From contig RKAV01000062.1 of NCBI GenBank assembly GCA_014846175.1, positions 1 through 57,779 on the forward strand: a stretch of DNA of 57,779 nucleotides. The letters are read 5' to 3'. The notes beneath the pieces are model-generated. The model ran no database searches, was not told the origin of the DNA, and worked only from the letters and a program-made list of their open reading frames with translations. The position numbers and the translations under genes were made by a program. Source of the DNA: a bacterium (GTDB taxonomy: Bacteria; Bacillota_I; Bacilli_A; RF39; UBA660). This document shows, piece by piece, positions 1 to 9,396 of this stretch (position 1 is the first letter of the stretch; every line of letters begins with the position of its first letter).

Positions 1-1665
1 ACTGAAGTTAATGCACTTCCTGCTCACTACTTATGTCGTAATAAAGACTGTAAGTATTCAGAGTTTATGGATGAGGCTGGGGAACCTTACGGAAAAGAGT
101 ATTCATCAGGTTATGACTTACCAGATAAGATTTGTCCTAAATGTGGAGGAAAACTATCAAAAGAAGGACAAGATATGCCATTTGCAACCTTCTTAGGATT
201 TAATGCTGATAAAGTACCTGATATCGACTTAAACTTCTCGGGTGATTATCAATGGAAAGCTCATGAATATACTAAAGTACTATTTGGAGTTGATAATGTA
301 TATCGTGCTGGTACTATTGGAACGGTGGCTGAGAAAACTGCTTTTGGTTATGTTAAAGGTTATTTAGAAGAACATGGTATTGAAGGAAAAAGAAACGTTG
401 AAATAGAACGACTTGCTATTGGGTGTACGGGTGTTAAAAGAACAACTGGTCAGCATCCAGGAGGAATTGTTGTTATTCCAGGTTATATGGATGTATTTGA
501 TTTTACGCCCTTCCAATATCCAGCTGATGATAACACATCCCCTTGGCGAACTACCCACTTTGATTATCATGCTATTGACCAAGACGTCTTAAAACTAGAT
601 ATACTAGGTCATGATGACCCAACTGTTCTTAGAATGCTTCAAGATTTATCTGGACTTGATATAACAACTTTACCAATGGATGATAAAAGAATATTTTCCC
701 TTCTTTCTAGTACTAAAGAACTAGGTGTTACAGAAGATGAAATACTTTGTCCAACAGGAACATTAGGTCTTCCTGAACTAGGAACTAACTTTGTTATCCA
801 AATGTTAGTAGAAACAAAACCAAGTAGTTTTGGTGAACTTGTTAAAATTTCTGGTTTATCCCATGGTACTGACGTTTGGGCAGGTAATGCAAGTGAACTT
901 ATCAAAAATAATATTGTTCCTTTTAAAGATGTTATTGGTTGTCGTGATGATATCATGGTAAACTTAATGAACTGGGGTATGGAACCTAAACTAGCTTTCA
1001 AGATAATGGAATTTGTTCGTAAAGGTAAAGCATCAAAAGACCCAGAAACTTGGCAGGAATATGCTACTAAGATGAAAAATGCAAAGATACCAGATTGGTA
1101 TATAGAGTCATGTCATAAAATAAAATACATGTTCCCTAAAGCACATGCCTGTGCCTATGTTATGAGTGCTATTAGAATAGCTTGGTTTAAACTATATCAT
1201 CCTTTATGGTACTATGCTGCTTACTTCTCAATTAGAGAAGATGATTTTGATATCGAAGCAATGATAAAAGGTTATAATTCAATAAAGACAAAATATGAAG
1301 ATTTATTAGCAAAAGGCTATGAAGCTACAAATAAAGAAACTAATATAATAGGTAGTTTACACGTGGCAATGGAAGCAACTGCAAGAGGTATTAAATTTGC
1401 TCCTATTTCAATTGAAAAAAGTGATGCATCTCATTTCGTCTTAGATGATGAACATGAAAATACCTTAATACCACCTTTTTCTACCATTGATGGTCTAGGA
1501 GGAGCTGTGGCATCTACCATTGTTGAAGAACGTAAGAAACAACCATTCCTAAGCAAGGAAGATTTACAAAGAAGAGGAAAGGTATCTAAAACTTTAATTG
1601 ATAAAATGGATGCAATGGGAATAATTAGTAATTTACCAGATTCTAATCAATTAAGTTTATTTTAG
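1..1665 (+). CDS. polC: DNA polymerase III PolC-type, C-terminal part (5' end lies upstream of the window)
   Basis: Frame 1 is open from base 1 ([22 protein letters not shown], zinc-finger-like segment) and runs into the listed 67..1665 ORF. Motifs [26 protein letters not shown] and KYMFPKAHA are typical of the PolC polymerase core. Confidence 0.9.
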   Translation, partial: TEVNALPAHYLCRNKDCKYSEFMDEAGEPYGKEYSSGYDLPDKICPKCGGKLSKEGQDMPFATFLGFNADKVPDIDLNFSGDYQWKAHEYTKVLFGVDNVYRAGTIGTVAEKTAFGYVKGYLEEHGIEGKRNVEIERLAIGCTGVKRTTGQHPGGIVVIPGYMDVFDFTPFQYPADDNTSPWRTTHFDYHAIDQDVLKLDILGHDDPTVLRMLQDLSGLDITTLPMDDKRIFSLLSSTKELGVTEDEILCPTGTLGLPELGTNFVIQMLVETKPSSFGELVKISGLSHGTDVWAGNASELIKNNIVPFKDVIGCRDDIMVNLMNWGMEPKLAFKIMEFVRKGKASKDPETWQEYATKMKNAKIPDWYIESCHKIKYMFPKAHACAYVMSAIRIAWFKLYHPLWYYAAYFSIREDDFDIEAMIKGYNSIKTKYEDLLAKGYEATNKETNIIGSLHVAMEATARGIKFAPISIEKSDASHFVLDDEHENTLIPPFSTIDGLGGAVASTIVEERKKQPFLSKEDLQRRGKVSKTLIDKMDAMGIISNLPDSNQLSLF

Positions 1666-1674
1666 GAATAAAAT

Positions 1675-2571
1675 ATGGAAAAAGAAACATTAAATAATAT
1701 TCTACTAGGAATAATGGAAGTTTATAATCAAGATTTACCCAATGATAAGAAACATCAAGTATTAAGTGATTTATGGACTAAATACTATAAATTAAGTGAA
1801 AAAACAGGAATAAAGTTAGATTTTGCTTATCAATTATACTTAATAGGAGAAAGTGAAAGCTATATAATTAATCAAGAACCAGAGAGATTTATAATTAATA
1901 AAGAAGAACTAAATAAAGCTATTAGTGATTTAGAAAATAATAAAGAATTAACTCAAGATGAGATAGAAACACTTTTACAAGCCAGTGTAGAAAATGCTAG
2001 GAATGGTTTTGCTAGCTTAGGAATAGATGTGAAAACTAATTCATTAAATGGTTTTTGTGAGTTAGGACAAGCTCTTTCTTTAATGCCCTTAGAAAACATT
2101 GGTTTAAAAGTTACTAAAAATAGTGCTAAAGGAAGTTTTAATTATCCCTTTAATCATGCCTTTGGAACAGTTACTTTCCCTTATCAAGGTAATAAAGAAA
2201 AAATATATTTAATAGATACTACATTTCGACAATTTTTTACTACTAATAGATGTAATATAGGGAGGTATCATCAAGAAGAAGAAAATACTGGGAAGAAAGT
2301 AGCACCAGATCCAGGATTCTTTATAGAAGATAAGGAATTTGCTAAAGATTTAATGAGTAATGGATATATAGAATTAACTAAAGAAAATGCTACTAAATAT
2401 GGTGAAGCTTTCTATAAAGCTAGTATTCCTTTAAACGATAAAACTAATAATAGTAAGATAGATTATTATCAAAACATATTAAATGATAATGAAAACTATA
2501 AGATAAAAGATGATGAATTAGAAGGTATGAATGTTAATTTTAATACTAGAATAAATGTGAATAAAATATAA
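1675..2571 (+). CDS. hypothetical protein (298 aa)
   Basis: Long ORF 10 nt after the polC stop, same strand. No motif I can name. Confidence 0.5.
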   Translation: MEKETLNNILLGIMEVYNQDLPNDKKHQVLSDLWTKYYKLSEKTGIKLDFAYQLYLIGESESYIINQEPERFIINKEELNKAISDLENNKELTQDEIETLLQASVENARNGFASLGIDVKTNSLNGFCELGQALSLMPLENIGLKVTKNSAKGSFNYPFNHAFGTVTFPYQGNKEKIYLIDTTFRQFFTTNRCNIGRYHQEEENTGKKVAPDPGFFIEDKEFAKDLMSNGYIELTKENATKYGEAFYKASIPLNDKTNNSKIDYYQNILNDNENYKIKDDELEGMNVNFNTRINVNKI

Positions 2572-2635
2572 CCTTAAAAAAATTTATTGATTCTAACTGT
2601 ACTTTGTATTATAATAAGCCACAACGGAGGGATAT

Positions 2636-3409
2636 ATGGATTTTTTAATAGAATTAAATAATAAAAGTATAAGTAGTAAATATGATTCTGATTATTTTAA
2701 TGAGGTTTTAGAAATGATAAAGAATAATTATCAAGCAAGTGATGCTAGGTTTATTAGTGAAGCTTTAAAAAAAGAAGATGAAGTAATTATAGATTTACCT
2801 ACTGATAATTCTATTAAATTATTAATTAAGGGTAATAAAGTTAGTATAGATAATAAAGAATTATTAGTATCTATACTAGGTAATATGTTCAAAAATAAAA
2901 AAATTATTGAAAAGTTAGAAGAAGATAAATATACAGATAGTTTATTAAAAATAAGAAATAGAATAGCTTATGATGAAATATTAAATAAAAAATGTCTATA
3001 TAATAACTTAGGTGTTGCTTTTGTAGATGCTAATGGTCTTGGTATTATAAATAATATGTATGGTTATAAAATGGGCAATGAATTATTAAAAACAGTTACT
3101 GAATCTTTAGTTAATAATTTCAAACAAACTGATATATATAGAATTGGTGGAGATGAATTAGTAGTAATTTGTAGTGATATAACAAAAGAATTATTTTATG
3201 AAAGAATAGCAAGTAGTAGAATCTTCTTAGAAGATACACCTTTTGGAGCTTCTTTTGGGGTAGTCTATACTGATAAAACAGATGATTTAAATGGAGTTAT
3301 AGATCTTGCTAGTATTAAAATGAAAAAAGCTAAAGAAAAGTATAGAGAAGAGCATCCAGAAGAATATTTAGATAAATATAAAGTTAAATATAAAGAAAAA
3401 GCAATTTAA
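2636..3409 (+). CDS. GGDEF-domain protein (diguanylate cyclase-like, variant GGDEL signature)
   Basis: GVAFVDANGLGIINNMYGYKMGNELLK...IYRIGGDELVVICSD matches the GGDEF-domain core. SD GGAGGG lies upstream of the ATG. Confidence 0.7.
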   Translation: MDFLIELNNKSISSKYDSDYFNEVLEMIKNNYQASDARFISEALKKEDEVIIDLPTDNSIKLLIKGNKVSIDNKELLVSILGNMFKNKKIIEKLEEDKYTDSLLKIRNRIAYDEILNKKCLYNNLGVAFVDANGLGIINNMYGYKMGNELLKTVTESLVNNFKQTDIYRIGGDELVVICSDITKELFYERIASSRIFLEDTPFGASFGVVYTDKTDDLNGVIDLASIKMKKAKEKYREEHPEEYLDKYKVKYKEKAI

Positions 3410-3464
3410 GTGAATGCTTTTTTTTTCTTTTTATGCTATACTATCAGTGATAGGAGGGGCTTTT

Positions 3465-4196
3465 GTGATAGATAAAGTTAATTTAGAAGATATTAATTAC
3501 ATACAATATGGTAATAGTAAAGGAAAAGATATTGTTCTATTACATGGTTGGGGTCAAAATATAGAAATGATGAGGCCACTTGGTGATTTACTTTCTGATA
3601 ATTATCATATAACTATTATTGATTTACCAGGATTTGGTAAAAGTAAAGAACCAGAAGTTGTTTTAGATGTAGGTGATTATACTAAAATAGTTCATAGTTT
3701 ATTAGAAAAACTAAAAGTTAAAAAACCAACCTTAATAGGGCATTCCTTTGGGGGGAGAATTTCAATTTGTTATGGTGCAACTTATGAAGTTGATAAACTA
3801 GTGTTATGTGGTGCCCCTTGTGTTAAAACTAAGAAAGAATTAACTCTAAAAGAAAGAATGTTAAAGACTGCTAAGAAGTTACCAGGTATGGAAAAACTAT
3901 CAGAAATAGCTAAAAATTATATTGGATCAACTGATTATAAAAATGCTAGTCCAATAATGAGAGACATACTAGTTAAAACAGTAAACGAAGACTTATCTAA
4001 TTATGCTAAAAAAATAAAAGTACCAGTTATTTTAATATGGGGAGAATATGATGAAGCAGTTCCTTTAGAAGAAGCAAAGATGTTAGAAAAATTACTTTTA
4101 GATGGAGCTTTAATTGTTTTACCAGGGACACATTATGCTTACTTAGAAAACCTTTATCAAGTAGGTGCAATTATTAATAAATTTATGGAGGAATAA
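3465..4196 (+). CDS. alpha/beta-fold hydrolase
   Basis: HGWGQN oxyanion region and nucleophile elbow GHSFGG. I prefer the GTG at 3465 (SD AGGAGGGG 5 nt upstream) over the ATG at 3414, which sits in a T-run/terminator-like stretch. Confidence 0.75.
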   Translation: MIDKVNLEDINYIQYGNSKGKDIVLLHGWGQNIEMMRPLGDLLSDNYHITIIDLPGFGKSKEPEVVLDVGDYTKIVHSLLEKLKVKKPTLIGHSFGGRISICYGATYEVDKLVLCGAPCVKTKKELTLKERMLKTAKKLPGMEKLSEIAKNYIGSTDYKNASPIMRDILVKTVNEDLSNYAKKIKVPVILIWGEYDEAVPLEEAKMLEKLLLDGALIVLPGTHYAYLENLYQVGAIINKFMEE

Positions 4197-4198
4197 AA

Positions 4199-5830
4199 AT
4201 GTTTGTTAAATTTATTTTATTGTTTTTAATTACAATACTAATCATTATAAAATCTAAGAAAAACTTACACATGTTACAACAAAACTTATATAATGAAAAT
4301 AATCGTTATTTAAAGTGGGTATTAAATAATAGTAGTAATTTTGTTACTATTGAATTTATTTCCTTAGTAATGGTTTCCTTATCTTGTTGTTTTTTAACAG
4401 TTAATAAGAATATATCATTTATAATTAATATTATAGCTATTATTATTTATCTTATCTTTATAATTAAATACTATAAAGAAAGAAAAGAAGAACAAGTTAA
4501 GTTACCATTAGTAGTAACAGCTAGAATAAAAAGATTAATAGTTACAGAAACTATTCTTTACTTAATACCTTTAGTAATCTTATTTATGTTAAGAAGTGAT
4601 ATTATTTATAGTAGTTATTTAATATTTATTTATGCTTTAATGTGTTATTTAAATGTGTTTATTTTATTCTTAGCAAACTTTATTAATAAATATACCTTAG
4701 AAAAATATGTTTATTATCATTTTAAACATTTAGCAATGAAAAAGCTTCATAGTATGGAAAACTTGAAAGTAGTAGGTATTACTGGTAGTTATGGGAAAAC
4801 AAGTAGTAAAAATATATTAGCAGATATTTTAAATAGTAAATATGTAACACTACCAACACCAAAGAATTTAAATACACCTTATGGACTTATCATTACCATT
4901 AATAACCATTTAGATAAGTTTACGGAAGTATTTATTGCTGAAATGGGGGCTTATAAAACAGGAGAAATAAAACAACTTTGTGATATGGTTAAACCTAAAT
5001 ATGGTATATTAACTAAAATAGGAACAGCACATTTAGAAACATTTGGTAGTGAAGAAAATATTCAAAAAACTAAATTTGAACTTATTGAATCCTTACCACT
5101 TGATGGAGTAGGAGTTTTAAATAAAGATGACCCAAAGCAAGTAAGTTATAAATTAAAAAATAAATGTAAAATATTATGGATTGGTATAGAAAATAAAGAT
5201 GTAGATGTTCATGCTAGTGATATAAAATGTTCTAATGTAGGTACAAGTTTTAAGGTTAAGTTTAAAACTGAAGATAAAGAGTATTCTTTTGAAACTAAAC
5301 TTTTAGGTAACCATAATGTTTATAATATTCTAGCAGGACTTGCATTAGGATATGAATTAGGTATTTCTATAGATAAACTACAACAAGCAGTAAAAAACAT
5401 TAAACCAGTAGAACATCGATTAGAATTAAAAAGACTTGGAACATTCTATCAAATAGATGATGCTTATAACTCTAATCCAGTGGGAGCAAAAGGAGCAATT
5501 GATGTATTAGCAATGATGCCAGGAAAGAGAATAGTAGTAACACCAGGTATGGTTGAACTAGGAGAAAAAGAAGACTACTATAATGAAAAATTTGGAGAAC
5601 AAATAGCAGAAAAAGGTAATATTGATTATGTAGTTTTAATTGGTAAGAAAAAAACACTACCAATTAAAAAAGGATTAGAGAAGAAAAACTATAATATGGA
5701 TAATGTTATTGTTTACAATAATGTAAAAGAAGCATACAATTTTATTAGAGGTATTGATACAAAAGATGAAGTATATGCTTTATTTGAGAATGATTTACCT
5801 GATACTTATAATGAGAAAGAGGAAGGATGA
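4199..5830 (+). CDS. murF: UDP-MurNAc-tripeptide--D-Ala-D-Ala ligase (MurF-type Mur ligase) with about 190-aa N-terminal polytopic membrane region
   Basis: GITGSYGKTSSK P-loop, Mur ligase middle and C-terminal domains (DDAYNSNP, VVTPGMVELG). Overlaps ddl by ATGA. The N-terminal residues are strongly hydrophobic (several predicted TM helices). Confidence 0.8.
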   Translation: MFVKFILLFLITILIIIKSKKNLHMLQQNLYNENNRYLKWVLNNSSNFVTIEFISLVMVSLSCCFLTVNKNISFIINIIAIIIYLIFIIKYYKERKEEQVKLPLVVTARIKRLIVTETILYLIPLVILFMLRSDIIYSSYLIFIYALMCYLNVFILFLANFINKYTLEKYVYYHFKHLAMKKLHSMENLKVVGITGSYGKTSSKNILADILNSKYVTLPTPKNLNTPYGLIITINNHLDKFTEVFIAEMGAYKTGEIKQLCDMVKPKYGILTKIGTAHLETFGSEENIQKTKFELIESLPLDGVGVLNKDDPKQVSYKLKNKCKILWIGIENKDVDVHASDIKCSNVGTSFKVKFKTEDKEYSFETKLLGNHNVYNILAGLALGYELGISIDKLQQAVKNIKPVEHRLELKRLGTFYQIDDAYNSNPVGAKGAIDVLAMMPGKRIVVTPGMVELGEKEDYYNEKFGEQIAEKGNIDYVVLIGKKKTLPIKKGLEKKNYNMDNVIVYNNVKEAYNFIRGIDTKDEVYALFENDLPDTYNEKEEG

Positions 5831-5835
5831 TTAAA

Positions 5836-7053
5836 ATGAGAATTAAAGTAGGAGTTATTTTTGGGGGAGAAAGTGTTGAACATGAGGTAAGTATAATTAC
5901 TGCTATTCAAGCTATTAATAAAATGAATCAGGAGAAATATCAAATTATTCCTATTTACATAGCAAAAAATGGTGAGTGGTATACAGGAGATATGCTTTTT
6001 GATGTAGAAAGTTATCAAGATATGGGACTTATTAAAAAATACGCTAGTAATGTAGTACTATATAAAAAAGATAATCAGTTTGTATTACAAAGTAAAGGTT
6101 TCTTTAAGAAAGTAATTACAGATATAGATGTTGCTTTTCCAATTACTCACGGTACAAATGTAGAAGATGGAGTATTACAAGGATATTTACAAACAGTAGG
6201 TATTCCTTATGTAGGACCAAATGTTTATGCTGGAGTAGTAGGTCAAGATAAAGTTTATATGAGAGATATATTTAAAGCTAATGATATATCTATTCCTAAT
6301 TATACTTGGTTTTATGATACTGATTATAAAAATGATAGTGATAAAGTAATTAAGAAAATAGAGAAGTTAAGTTATCCTGTAATTATTAAGCCAGCTACTA
6401 CTGGTAGTAGTATTGGTATAGGTACTGCTAAAGATAAAAAAGAATTAGAAAAAGCTATTAGTGAAGCTATTAATTATGATTCTAAAATAATAGTTGAAGA
6501 AATGGTACCTAACTTAATGGAAGTAAATATTTCTGTTTTAGGTAATCATTCATCACAAGAATTAAGTGTTATAGAAGAAGTATTATCTACTCATAAATTC
6601 TTAACTTTTGAAGAAAAGTACGTTGGTAGTAGTAAAGTTAAAGGAAAACTAGGAGCAAAACTTACACCTTGTAAAGGGTCTAAGGGAATGGCGAGTGCAT
6701 CTCGTAAAATACCAGCAGATCTTACTGATAAGATGCAAAAAGAAGTAGAAGATTTAGCTATTAGAGTATTTAAAGCTCTAGGAAGTAGTGGAGTAGCTAG
6801 AATTGATATGTTAGTAGATAAAAAAGCTAAGAAAGTATATGTTAATGAAATTAATTCAATTCCAGGAAGTTTAGCTTTCTATCTATGGGATAAGAAAGGT
6901 AAAGATTATACAACTTTACTAGATGAAATGATTAATATAGCTATCAAAGATTATAAAACTAGAACTAGTAAAGTACATACTTTTGATAATAATATTTTAC
7001 AAGGATTTAGTGAAAATAGAGGCCTAAAAGGAATGAAAGGTAAAATTAAATAA
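5836..7053 (+). CDS. ddl: D-alanine--D-alanine ligase
   Basis: VGVIFGGESVEHEVSI N-terminus and ATP-grasp motifs (YPVIIKPATTGSSIGI, ARIDMLV...VNEINSIPG). The ATG at 5836 is better spaced from SD GAGGAAGG than the ATG at 5827. Confidence 0.9.
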   Translation: MRIKVGVIFGGESVEHEVSIITAIQAINKMNQEKYQIIPIYIAKNGEWYTGDMLFDVESYQDMGLIKKYASNVVLYKKDNQFVLQSKGFFKKVITDIDVAFPITHGTNVEDGVLQGYLQTVGIPYVGPNVYAGVVGQDKVYMRDIFKANDISIPNYTWFYDTDYKNDSDKVIKKIEKLSYPVIIKPATTGSSIGIGTAKDKKELEKAISEAINYDSKIIVEEMVPNLMEVNISVLGNHSSQELSVIEEVLSTHKFLTFEEKYVGSSKVKGKLGAKLTPCKGSKGMASASRKIPADLTDKMQKEVEDLAIRVFKALGSSGVARIDMLVDKKAKKVYVNEINSIPGSLAFYLWDKKGKDYTTLLDEMINIAIKDYKTRTSKVHTFDNNILQGFSENRGLKGMKGKIK

Positions 7054-7063
7054 GGACAAGATA

Positions 7064-7089
7064 AACGCAAATACTATGCGTTTTTTTTC
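7064..7089 (+). terminator. rho-independent terminator after ddl
   Basis: AACGCA-aatacta-TGCGTT hairpin followed by a T8 run. Confidence 0.7.
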
Positions 7090-7144
7090 TATTGATTAAT
7101 TTAATTATTAATAGTAAGATAGTTATAGAAAGGATAAGAGATGT

Positions 7145-8614
7145 GTGAAAGATAAAAAGAAACTAACTATAACATTAGTACTAACCCTAGTATTAGTAAT
7201 AACAATAGTAGGTATTAGTTATGCAGCATTTATTTATACAGGAACAGGTAAAACATTAAATACGATTACAACAGGAGCAATCTCAATGAGTTATGAAGAA
7301 AGTAGTAATGTTATATCTATGGATAAAGCCCTACCAACTACTGATGCCACCGGAAAGAAACAATTAAAAGCAGGAGAATACTTTGACTTTACGGTAGCAG
7401 GAAATATAGTAGGAGGAGAAACTATCAACTGGGAAATAGCAGCAGAAGATGTAACAAATTCTACTAAGAAGATAGATGGAAGTCATATAAAGTTATATTT
7501 AACAAGTATTAATAGTAGTGGGGTAGAAACAAAAGTAATGGCACCAACTACTTATAAAAGTCTAACAAAGGCTAATAATGATACCGGAAGACCAGCTAAT
7601 CAAATGAGTCTAGCAACAGGTACAACAGATACTAGTTTTTCAACTAAATATAGATTAAGAATGTATGTAGATGAAAATTACAATCCCCAAGGAGATGGAG
7701 GAGATTTATCATTTTCAGTAAAAGTAAATGTCTATGGTAAATCAAAAGCATCAAGTGGAGCAGATGTATTAATTGCAAAAGCAAATCCAGAAACACTAGA
7801 TTATGCTACTGCGACAACTAATCAAAAGAATCAAATGTGGACATTCACACACGAAGCAACAGAACAATTAAAGGCAACCACAGATTATAGATATATAGGA
7901 GCAAATCCTAATAACTATGTAAAATTCAATGATGAATTATGGAGAATTATAGGAGTATTTGATGTAGATGATGGAACAGGAAAAATAGAAAAAAGAATGA
8001 AAATTATCAGAAATGAATCAATAGGAAATGTTTTTTGGGATAGTAATAATTCTAATGAATGGAGTACAGCTTCTTTAAAAGCAACACTAAATACAGGAAC
8101 ATTTCATACAGGACTAAATGATACAGCAAAATCAATGATAGAAGGTACAAAGTGGTATTTAGGAGGTACTGGAGATTTTACTAGTTCATCAAATGGATTA
8201 GCCTCACATTTTTATAGTTATGAAAGAGGAACAACAGTATATAGTGGAAGAAGTACAAATTGGACAGGAAAAGTAGGATTAATGTACCCAAGTGACTATG
8301 GATACGCGACAAGTGGAGGGAACCGCATAAATAGAGCAAGCTGTATGGCAAAAGAATTATTCCATTGGAATGATAGTAGCTATAGTGATTGTAAAAATAA
8401 TGACTGGCTTTATAATTCATCACCACATCAATGGACAATGAGCCCGAGTGGCGATTATTCTGATCATGTTTTCTATGTCTATGATTCTGGCTATGTCAAC
8501 ATTACTTATGCTGGGGGTGCTGCTTATGCGGCTCGGCCAGTCGTACATCTAAAATCCACAATTAAGGTGATATCAGGATCAGGAACTGCTTCTTCTCCAT
8601 TCATTCTGGGATAA
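7145..8614 (+). CDS. secreted or cell-surface protein of unknown function (489 aa, N-terminal signal anchor)
   Basis: GTG start. KKKLTITLVLTLVLVITIVGISYAAF is a hydrophobic N-terminus. The Thr/Ser/Asn/Gly-rich mature part ends ...ARPVVHLKS... Confidence 0.5.
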   Translation: MKDKKKLTITLVLTLVLVITIVGISYAAFIYTGTGKTLNTITTGAISMSYEESSNVISMDKALPTTDATGKKQLKAGEYFDFTVAGNIVGGETINWEIAAEDVTNSTKKIDGSHIKLYLTSINSSGVETKVMAPTTYKSLTKANNDTGRPANQMSLATGTTDTSFSTKYRLRMYVDENYNPQGDGGDLSFSVKVNVYGKSKASSGADVLIAKANPETLDYATATTNQKNQMWTFTHEATEQLKATTDYRYIGANPNNYVKFNDELWRIIGVFDVDDGTGKIEKRMKIIRNESIGNVFWDSNNSNEWSTASLKATLNTGTFHTGLNDTAKSMIEGTKWYLGGTGDFTSSSNGLASHFYSYERGTTVYSGRSTNWTGKVGLMYPSDYGYATSGGNRINRASCMAKELFHWNDSSYSDCKNNDWLYNSSPHQWTMSPSGDYSDHVFYVYDSGYVNITYAGGAAYAARPVVHLKSTIKVISGSGTASSPFILG

Positions 8615-8780
8615 GATAGGGAGGTACTAAGACGCCGAAAATGAGGGCGAAGACCGAAAGGAGGCAGCTGTTGATAAATAGAAAAGTATGAATAAAGGTA
8701 AGTAGTAACTATGTAGGTACTAATGTGTAGAAAAAGAAAACGTGAAGAAAAATATAGGAGATAGATAACAGAGAGAGGGT

Positions 8781-8826
8781 GGTCAAGTAGTTGCGATTGA
8801 GCAACTACTTGACCCGATTTTTTTTT
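8781..8826 (+). terminator. strong rho-independent terminator
   Basis: Perfect 14-bp stem GGTCAAGTAGTTGC / GCAACTACTTGACC, 6-nt loop, then CGA plus a T9 run. Confidence 0.85.
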
Positions 8827-8880
8827 GAGATATAGTACGTGGGTGAAAAAATAAGTAATAAAATAATAAAATGCGAGTGT

Positions 8881-8913
8881 GGTCAATGACTTGCGTGACC
8901 CGATTATTTTTTT
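8881..8913 (+). repeat. degenerate second copy of the 8781 terminator module
   Basis: GGTCAATGACTTGCGTGACCCGATTATTTTTTT shares GGTCAA...TGACCCGATT plus T-run with the first copy, but most of the stem is missing. Confidence 0.5.
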
Positions 8914-9143
8914 GCTTTCAATATGTTAATTTATCATATATATTGTATCTATAAGTATGATATGATAGGTTGCTATAAATGTTATAGTAGGGTAATCTTT
9001 TATGAAGTGTACTTAGCTGATTAATTTAGATCTCTATGGTTAGAATGGTAATTAATATAGGTATTGAAATATTATAGTAGTAAACTACTTTTTTTCTTTG
9101 CTAAATTATGTTACCATATAATAGTAAAGATAGAGGTGATATT

Positions 9144-9308
9144 ATGCGTTTAGGAATGATTTTATTATTCTTCCTTTTATATCTAGGAATAATATTTTTA
9201 AGTGTTATGGGATTTAAGAAAAAAAATAAGAAGTTAAAAATTGTAGGTATTTCCTTATTAGTGCTTGCAATTATATTTACAACTATAATCGTTATTATAT
9301 ATGGTTAA
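9144..9308 (+). CDS. small membrane protein (two hydrophobic helices)
   Basis: MRLGMILLFFLLYLGIIFLSV...VGISLLVLAIIFTTIIVIIYG. SD AGAGGTG lies upstream of the ATG at 9144. Confidence 0.4.
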   Translation: MRLGMILLFFLLYLGIIFLSVMGFKKKNKKLKIVGISLLVLAIIFTTIIVIIYG

Positions 9309-9396
9309 TTATTTGGTAAAATATTGTAAATTTTTCTAAGATATTTGAGTAAGAAACTTGATACATGATATACTATAGAAGTAGGAGGTATGAAAG

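Noticed and set aside
364-1001. Antisense ORFs inside polC (364..582 and 639..1001). The same applies to similar antisense or alternative-frame ORFs in other genes: 5472..5663, 5806..6018, 8181..8438, 12847..13182, 14152..14343, 16562..16822, 18807..19013, 21509..21849, 21943..22641, 23851..24039, 25168..25362, 31409..31591, 43651..43845, 44848..45051, 46257..46457, 51201..51497, 52770..52982 and 54445..54663.
   Set aside because: Each lies within or opposite a well-supported longer gene. They lack SD sequences and have the Ser/Leu/Ile-rich composition expected from antisense AT-rich coding DNA.
5836-7053. Unusually long Ddl (405 aa from the 5836 start) with a Lys/Gly/Ser-rich insertion (GSSKVKGKLGAKLTPCKGSKGMASASRK) as a possible novelty
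   Set aside because: ATP-grasp Ddl enzymes vary in loop length among lineages. Without an alignment I cannot show that the insertion is unusual.
8524-8886. 120-aa minus-strand ORF in the 8.6-8.9 kb gap
   Set aside because: It overlaps the 3' end of the 489-aa gene and spans both terminator hairpins. It has no SD, and the codon usage looks like translated non-coding DNA.
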